From NCBI GenBank assembly GCA_045605765.1, contig JAZUQQ010000044.1:12466-76465 (forward strand): a DNA stretch of 64,000 nt, read 5' to 3'. Each line of letters starts with the position of its first letter. Positions within the stretch are counted from its first letter, which is position 1. The notes below the pieces were generated by a model. The model was not told where the DNA came from and did not search any database. It worked only from the letters and a program-made list of their open reading frames with translations. Below, piece by piece: positions 58,411-64,000 of this stretch. Position numbers and translations under genes: made by a program. This DNA comes from Eubacteriales bacterium. Its GTDB lineage: Bacteria > Bacillota > Clostridia > Oscillospirales > CAG-272.

Positions 58411-59859
58411 ATGGCTATTACTTCAAAAGACGGCATCTTGAAGGTATTAACCGCCTATAATCCGTGGTGGAAAACCGGTGTTGTAAACCCAAAGATGACA
58501 AAAACCTATAAAAGATTTGCTTTTCATGAAGCAATGAAGCGCTTAAATGAACCCAGCATTCGTCGTACTGTTGTGCTAACGGGAACACGAAGAGTCGGAA
58601 AAACTACAATTCAATATCAGATGATCGATGCTTTGCTGAAAGAAGGAGTATCTCCGCAGAAAATTGTTTTCATTTCTATGGATCATCCCATGCTTAAATT
58701 GAGTCAGTTTCAGGAAGTTTTAGAGTGTTATCACGAAAACATATATGCCGACCAAGATGTTTACTATTTCTTTGATGAAATACAGTATGCTTCCGATTGG
58801 GATCGTTGGCTTAAGATCATATATGACAATCAGCCAGACACCCGAGTTGTCGCAACAGGATCGGCAAGTCCTGCCCTGATGAAGGGTAGTCGCGAAAGCG
58901 GTGCAGGTCGTTGGTCTGTTATTCAAGTACCAACCTTGTCCTTCTATGAATATTGTGAACTGCTTGAACTTGACAGACCCGATATTCCAGAAGATCTCAA
59001 AGCTACTGATCTGTTGCACAAAACTCAGATTGAGCGCACTCAGATTATGATGCAACTTTCAAAGGTTCAGAATCATTTTATGAGATACCTGCAAGTAGGT
59101 GGATTTCCTGAACTTGCACTTGCTGATAATGATTTGATGGCTCAGCAAATCATGAGAGAAGACGTTGTGGACAAGGTATTAAAGCGCGATTTGCCATCCC
59201 TTTATAACATTCGAAATGCAACAGAGCTTGAACGTATCTTCTTGTATTTATGTAATGTATCGTCAGAAATCATCTCTATTGATGCTATTACAAAAGAATT
59301 GAATGGAGTATCACGTACTACCGTAGAAAACTATATTCAATACTTGGAGAGTGCGAATCTGATATATCAAAGTTGGCCTGTAGATATGGCAGGTAAGAAA
59401 ATATTGAAGGCAAGACCTAAAGTTTATATTGCAGATGCGGCCATTCGCAACGCTGTATTGATGGATGAAACAATCATGACTGATCCTGTCGGTATGGGTA
59501 AGGTTGTAGAAACTGCAGTATACAAGCATGTTACGGCATTCTATTATAAGTTTGCAACCTCTGTTGGATATTTCCGAGGCGGAAAGAAGAACAAGGAAAT
59601 CGATGTCGTAGTGGATTATCCGAAGATTAAAAATATTCTAATTGAGGTGAAATATCGCGAGGGAGCTCCGATTGCCGATGATGATGCAATTATTGAATTT
59701 TGTGACGAGGCTTCCGCTGCAATCATTATCACTAAAACACCTAACGATTTTGGTGTACACAACACTCCCAGTGGTAGAGAATTATTAAGGATCCCTGCGT
59801 TTGCATTTCTTTACTTATTAGGTAATGCAGAAAAGCATGGATATCATGGAATAGAGTGA
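58411..59859 (+). CDS. AAA+ ATPase (AAA_14/DUF4143-type) with C-terminal PD-(D/E)XK-like motif
   Basis: NPWW, GTRRVGKT, FFDEIQ, ATGS, GGFP, KVYIAD, EIDVV...IEVKY; own TTGACA-17-TATAAT promoter at 58359-58387. Confidence 0.88.
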   Translation: MAITSKDGILKVLTAYNPWWKTGVVNPKMTKTYKRFAFHEAMKRLNEPSIRRTVVLTGTRRVGKTTIQYQMIDALLKEGVSPQKIVFISMDHPMLKLSQFQEVLECYHENIYADQDVYYFFDEIQYASDWDRWLKIIYDNQPDTRVVATGSASPALMKGSRESGAGRWSVIQVPTLSFYEYCELLELDRPDIPEDLKATDLLHKTQIERTQIMMQLSKVQNHFMRYLQVGGFPELALADNDLMAQQIMREDVVDKVLKRDLPSLYNIRNATELERIFLYLCNVSSEIISIDAITKELNGVSRTTVENYIQYLESANLIYQSWPVDMAGKKILKARPKVYIADAAIRNAVLMDETIMTDPVGMGKVVETAVYKHVTAFYYKFATSVGYFRGGKKNKEIDVVVDYPKIKNILIEVKYREGAPIADDDAIIEFCDEASAAIIITKTPNDFGVHNTPSGRELLRIPAFAFLYLLGNAEKHGYHGIE

Positions 59860-59865
59860 TGCTTA

Positions 59866-59902
59866 AAAACACAGCCCCACCGCAATGGTGAGGCTGTGTT
59901 TT
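59866..59902. terminator. Bidirectional intrinsic terminator
   Basis: AAAACACAGCC-CCACC gcaat GGTG-AGGCTGTGTTTT between convergent genes. Confidence 0.8.
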
Positions 59903-59905
59903 GCT

Positions 59906-60490
59906 TTACTCCTTCTCCACAAAGAGCAGGATGGTATTCATATGCCACGTCGACTTATGGACAATCTCGAATGCAAAGTCGCCGACGAGAAATTCCACGA
60001 GTGCGCTCTTGGGCACGATATACTTTCCGCTGATCTGAACAGCGAATATCCGCTTCTGCTGAATATATGCGAGTACCGTGCTTTTGGCGTACCCCATAAT
60101 GTCAGCCGCTTTATCTGCGGTGAATGAGTCGGGAAAGTACCGAAGCCGCTTCTCAACGTGGTCTCTGAATGCATCCTTGCACTCGTCCGCGATGGTAACG
60201 TAGCACTCGGATATTCTCACGGTATCCACCGGATGATGATTGTGGATCACCACCGTTTGCTTGGTCGGCTTGGCGTTGAAGATCCCAATGGGAATCTCCT
60301 TGCGCCGTTCCGATCGTTTCTTTTGCAGATAGGCTTCCACATCCTCAAGCCTTATGGCATATCGGTGTGTCTTGGTTGGACGGATTCTGCACGGAATAAT
60401 TCCGTTCTGCAGCATCCACGCCGCTTTCCGTTTGCTGATATGAAGCATCTTGTAGAGCTGTTCCAAGGACATTTCTCCCTCTTTCAGCAT
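59906..60490 (-). CDS. Protein with two excisionase-like (HTH_17) domains
   Basis: MSLEQLYKMLHISKR...GIIPC and YFPDSFTADKAADIMG...FAVQISGKYIVPKSAL; coupled to integrase stop. Confidence 0.75.
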   Translation of the reverse strand: MLKEGEMSLEQLYKMLHISKRKAAWMLQNGIIPCRIRPTKTHRYAIRLEDVEAYLQKKRSERRKEIPIGIFNAKPTKQTVVIHNHHPVDTVRISECYVTIADECKDAFRDHVEKRLRYFPDSFTADKAADIMGYAKSTVLAYIQQKRIFAVQISGKYIVPKSALVEFLVGDFAFEIVHKSTWHMNTILLFVEKE

Positions 60491-60491
60491 A

Positions 60492-61707
60492 TCAGCTCAC
60501 CTCTCCTTCGTCATCGTCGGCAAGGAGCTTGCCGAGCTTCATACCTGCCTCACCCGTTGCGTTGGCATCGAGGTGTGAATAAATGTCGGCTGTTGTACTC
60601 ATGTTGCTGTGGCCAAGGTATCTCTGAATGACTTTCATATTCACGTCCAGCGAGACCAGAAGCGATGCACAGGTGTGTCGGAGGTCGTGGAATCGGATGT
60701 CTCTCAGGCCGTTCTGTCGGAGAAGCGTTGGGAAGTGCGCCGTGATATAACTCGGCTTGATCAGCTCACCGAGGGGATTGACGCAGACCATGTCCGCATA
60801 TTTTTTGCTGTAGGACTTGCGGAACTGCTTGCGGTAAAGCTCCTGACGCTCTCGGTGTTCAAGGAGGATTTCCTTGACCTCGGGAATCATTTTGAAGCTT
60901 CTGCGCGAGCTTTCGGTCTTCATCTCATCGCTGATTACCTGCACCATCTTACCGTCACGGACGACTTCCAGCACCTTTTGTCCTATGAATATCTTATCGT
61001 TTTCAAAGTCGATGTTACTCCATGACAGTCCGAGGGCTTCGCTACGGCGCAGACCGCAGTAGACGGCGAGTACGATGGGAATATAGATGACGTCCTCCTT
61101 GGCTTTTTCAAGAAGCACCTTGACCTCGTCCACCGAGTAGAACGCGCCGACAAACTTTTTTCACCTGCGGACGCTCCACTCTGTCCATGGGATTATACTC
61201 AAGGATCTCCTGTCGGATGGCATACTCGAAGGCGGTGTGAAGCAGATTGTGATAGTGAAGCACCGTCTGCTCGCTGTCGCCGTCCTCACGCAGGTAATCG
61301 TAGAAGCCGTGTATCAGCCTCGGCTTGCAATCAGCAAGGGTGATCTTTGTGTCGAAGTATTTCTTCATCTTTCCGTTGACTCGGCTCTTGTAACCGTAAT
61401 ATGTTGACTCTTGGATCTTGTGCTTATGAACCTTGTCGAGCCAGTCGTTAAGGAATTCCAGAAGAGGATATTGTGTGGGATCGTCGTAGCCGTCGAGATA
61501 ACGCTTGTACTGCGCTTCGAATTGATTCTTCGCCTCTCGCTCGGCTTTGTTGATAACCGACTTGGGAGAGCCCGAAGGCACGCCCATGCCCACCCATTTG
61601 GTTTTGTGTTTTTGCGTGATGGGGTCCTTGTAGCTGACCACCAGATACAGCATGCCGCGCTTTTCTTGAACGCTGCCCGAGATGTCTTTATCGAGTTTCT
61701 TTGCCAT
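60492..61707 (-). pseudogene. Tyrosine integrase, frameshifted by one extra A in an A6 run (61156-61161)
   Basis: N-half (arm-binding and SAM-like, NPMDRVERP) and C-half (GLRRSE, FHDLRHT, LGHS, TADIYSH) join as QVKKFVGAFYSVDEV, 404 aa, if one A is removed. Confidence 0.85.
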
Positions 61708-61708
61708 A

Positions 61709-62034
61709 TCAGCTTACCTCCTTTTGATTTTTGGCAACACAAACAATATCACAAGGAGTAGCCAAAGTCCAGTGCTGTGGGTTCGAAGTTACATTTACAA
61801 CACAATTTTCTCCATTGAGTTTTCTTTCACCTCGAACGTATTCCATCAAGGATTTTTTCGAAACTCGATATTCTCGCCCGACTTTTTTGCATAAAACTTT
61901 CCGTCGTGAATCAATTTTGAGGTAAGCTTGGTGCTGACATTCAAATATTCTGCGGCTTGTGCGAGTGTCATAGCGTCGGGATAACGGCGAGCGTCACCGC
62001 GCATGGGCTGATGAAAAGTACAATTTGCGTTCAT
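61709..62034 (-). CDS. Excisionase-like HTH protein needing a -1 shift at A_AAA_AAG (61888-61882)
   Basis: GGAGG RBS; YPDAMTLAQAAEYLNVS; -1 frame continues KVGREYRVSKKSLMEYV and stops 1 nt before integrase ATG (108 aa). Confidence 0.75.
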
Positions 62035-62050
62035 TCCGATACCTCCTTCA

Positions 62051-62458
62051 TTACGACTGCCATCTGACAGCTTCATCAAAACTGATAATGCCATTGATCT
62101 TTTTGACCTCATTGACACAGATACCGCGCACTCTTTCAAGTGTGGCCTGATCAATTTGCGTGTTCGCCGCGACGATATTTTGAAGAACCGTCAGCTCCAC
62201 GGCGATCTTAAAGAGCAACGTACCCTGCTTTCTTGTGAAGGGATCCATCACCTTCGTCATGGAATCAGCGACCGCGTCGGGCAAAAATGACGTATCGTTT
62301 TGATTGGAAAGGAATCCGGAATAGAATTCGATCGCTTCCGCAATGAACTCACTGGTGCCGCAATTTCTTTTCTTTGCGAAGTCGACTGCCTTATCGATCG
62401 TGGACTGGTGGGTGTAGAGAGAAAATCTCTGCTTAGATTCTTTATTATCAATTTTCAT
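62051..62458 (-). CDS. RHH-like DNA-binding protein resembling relaxosome accessory proteins of Firmicute mobile elements
   Basis: RFSLY...SEFIAEAIEFYSGFL, LFKIAVEL, RGICVNEVKKINGIISF; GAGG RBS. Confidence 0.6.
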   Translation of the reverse strand: MKIDNKESKQRFSLYTHQSTIDKAVDFAKKRNCGTSEFIAEAIEFYSGFLSNQNDTSFLPDAVADSMTKVMDPFTRKQGTLLFKIAVELTVLQNIVAANTQIDQATLERVRGICVNEVKKINGIISFDEAVRWQS

Positions 62459-62926
62459 GTTAATTACCTCGTTAAATTCGATTATATGGTTGAATTTCGG
62501 TGATCACACAATCCTTGAGCGCGAAAAAAGCCCGGCCGTTCCGTGATTTTTGCGTTTTTTGAGCGCACAATCACACAACCGAACCAAATTGTCACACACC
62601 AAACCGCGCACAACACAATTTGGACATCTCCCGAAAGCTCGCAAAAGCTCGGTTTATCTTGCAAATCCTCGGTCGGCGTTGCCGTCCGATGTGTGTAGGC
62701 GAAAGCCGGCGGCATACGCCTTTAACCTGCTTTCCAATCGAAAACCGAAATCTCGATTTTCGACTCCGCGATCTGTGTGATACTAACAATTCGAAAAAAT
62801 CGGAGTGACAGCGTGACAAGTGAAATGGTTCACGTATTTGTCACACGTTAGTGGCTTGGAAATATAGAAAATATCCAGCCGTGGTAGCCTTTTTGAGCCC
62901 TGTCATATTGTCACACGCTTTGAATT

Positions 62927-64000
62927 TTACTCACCGTATATATTGTTTACCTCTGATTTTTTGACAAGCATAACGTGACGACGCACGTTACCTTTGAACC
63001 GTTTTAAGAAAGAATTCTTACCGTTGCGTTGTTCAACGATTCCTTCTTCGACAAGAGCTTTCGATAATGCCTGAAGAGAGATCGTAAAGTTTACGTTCTG
63101 CCCCTCGCAGAATTTCATTACTCGTCTGTACGATTCATCGAAAAATATTTCATAATATTCTTCGCTCTCGTAGCCCACGCAACCTGACATGGGATCTCCA
63201 GACGCATTCGACCGCATCAGCCACACCTCACCGCACTCGATCATCGCCATAAGCTTGCGGACAAATAAGTGCGTCGGTCTGTCTTGCTCGGTATAATTTC
63301 CTTGTTCTTCTGCTAATTTGAGAATGATTTTTTCGAATTCCTCACGGTAGATTTCGAGGTCTACGCTTGGAAAGCAGAAGGAAAGAAATCGAATACAGTA
63401 GTCGAACCCGATGCGAAAGCACGCCACGGTGTCTGCCACTCTTGCATGAACCTTGCTCCCAATCTGCTCGCGGCATTGCAAGCGGTATCGGTCATAGGTA
63501 CGTTGAAGGTCTTGGACAAACGCCTTTTCGTTCGTAAGGACCGTATCGGCAAGCCAATCGGTATAGGCCGAAAGGCATCGTCGGAACACACCGTCGCTTG
63601 CGAATTTTTGAACGTCAGAAAACAATTTCAGGTCAAGACAATTCGGATTCATTTCCAGAAAGAAGAGTCTTGCCGTGGTAGATTCTCCGATGTTCGGTGT
63701 GCTTTCAGCGGTGATGATGGCGTTGCCCCTCGGAGGGGAAGCATCCATCAGTTGCGCTTGGCTGTTCATTCTGCTTCGGCCTGCTCGGTCACCGTAGCCT
63801 CGACAGATCACCTGCATGACCGAGCGCATGGTCGCTTCATCTCCTTTTGTGGAGGGATGATAATCGTCCACGCAGGTCAGCACGTCCTTCAGCGCGTTGC
63901 TGTTCTCGATGATACTGTTGGCAGTATCCCGAAAGGACATGGGCATATCCGTTGAGGAAAAGTTGCCGAAGAAGGACAGAAGGAAGGCTGCGTATGAGGT
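62927..64000 (-). CDS. C-terminal part of helicase-type replication protein (DUF927/primase-associated), 5' end outside window
   Basis: SFRDTANS, CVDDY (Walker B-like), GDRAGRSR, IITAE, STTAR; followed by GTGACA/TGTCAC repeats. Confidence 0.7.
   Translation of the reverse strand, partial: TSYAAFLLSFFGNFSSTDMPMSFRDTANSIIENSNALKDVLTCVDDYHPSTKGDEATMRSVMQVICRGYGDRAGRSRMNSQAQLMDASPPRGNAIITAESTPNIGESTTARLFFLEMNPNCLDLKLFSDVQKFASDGVFRRCLSAYTDWLADTVLTNEKAFVQDLQRTYDRYRLQCREQIGSKVHARVADTVACFRIGFDYCIRFLSFCFPSVDLEIYREEFEKIILKLAEEQGNYTEQDRPTHLFVRKLMAMIECGEVWLMRSNASGDPMSGCVGYESEEYYEIFFDESYRRVMKFCEGQNVNFTISLQALSKALVEEGIVEQRNGKNSFLKRFKGNVRRHVMLVKKSEVNNIYGE

Larger units (their letters stand above)
57911..64000. 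mobile_element. Integrated element at 3' side of tRNA-Ser (IME/satellite-like), extends beyond window
   Basis: Palindromic arm motifs right after tRNA, AT-rich cargo gene, tyrosine integrase, Xis-like HTH genes, replication helicase-type gene. Confidence 0.8.

Overview
Chromosomal segment of a Clostridia-like Firmicute. About 57 kb is housekeeping DNA: two polar amino-acid ABC transporters, argF, recG, prmC, ddl, a his operon (no histidinol phosphatase seen) with a HisR-type operator, a pyr operon lacking carA, RNase J, galE, RNase P RNA, a biotin-dependent Na+-translocating decarboxylase cluster, pepF, mgsA and cysS. A tRNA-Ser(UGA) follows, then the start of an integrated element (AAA+ ATPase/nuclease cargo, double-HTH protein, tyrosine integrase, Xis-like HTH, RHH-like protein, candidate ori/oriT, truncated helicase-type replication protein). 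Most unusual observations: (1) the tRNA-Ser is preceded by two extra 5' halves, each cut at the anticodon loop and spaced ~190-196 bp apart, forming a polar repeat-spacer array under the tRNA promoter, with one spacer carrying the same palindromic arm motif found at the island end; (2) both the Xis-like and integrase genes are broken at A6G runs, the Xis one at an in-phase A_AAA_AAG -1 slippery heptamer; (3) a modular palindromic REP/BIME-like repeat family sits at nine stop codons; (4) an orphaned riboswitch-like leader is fused to an IS3-family remnant. All calls come from reading the sequence and ORF track by eye; no database searches were run.
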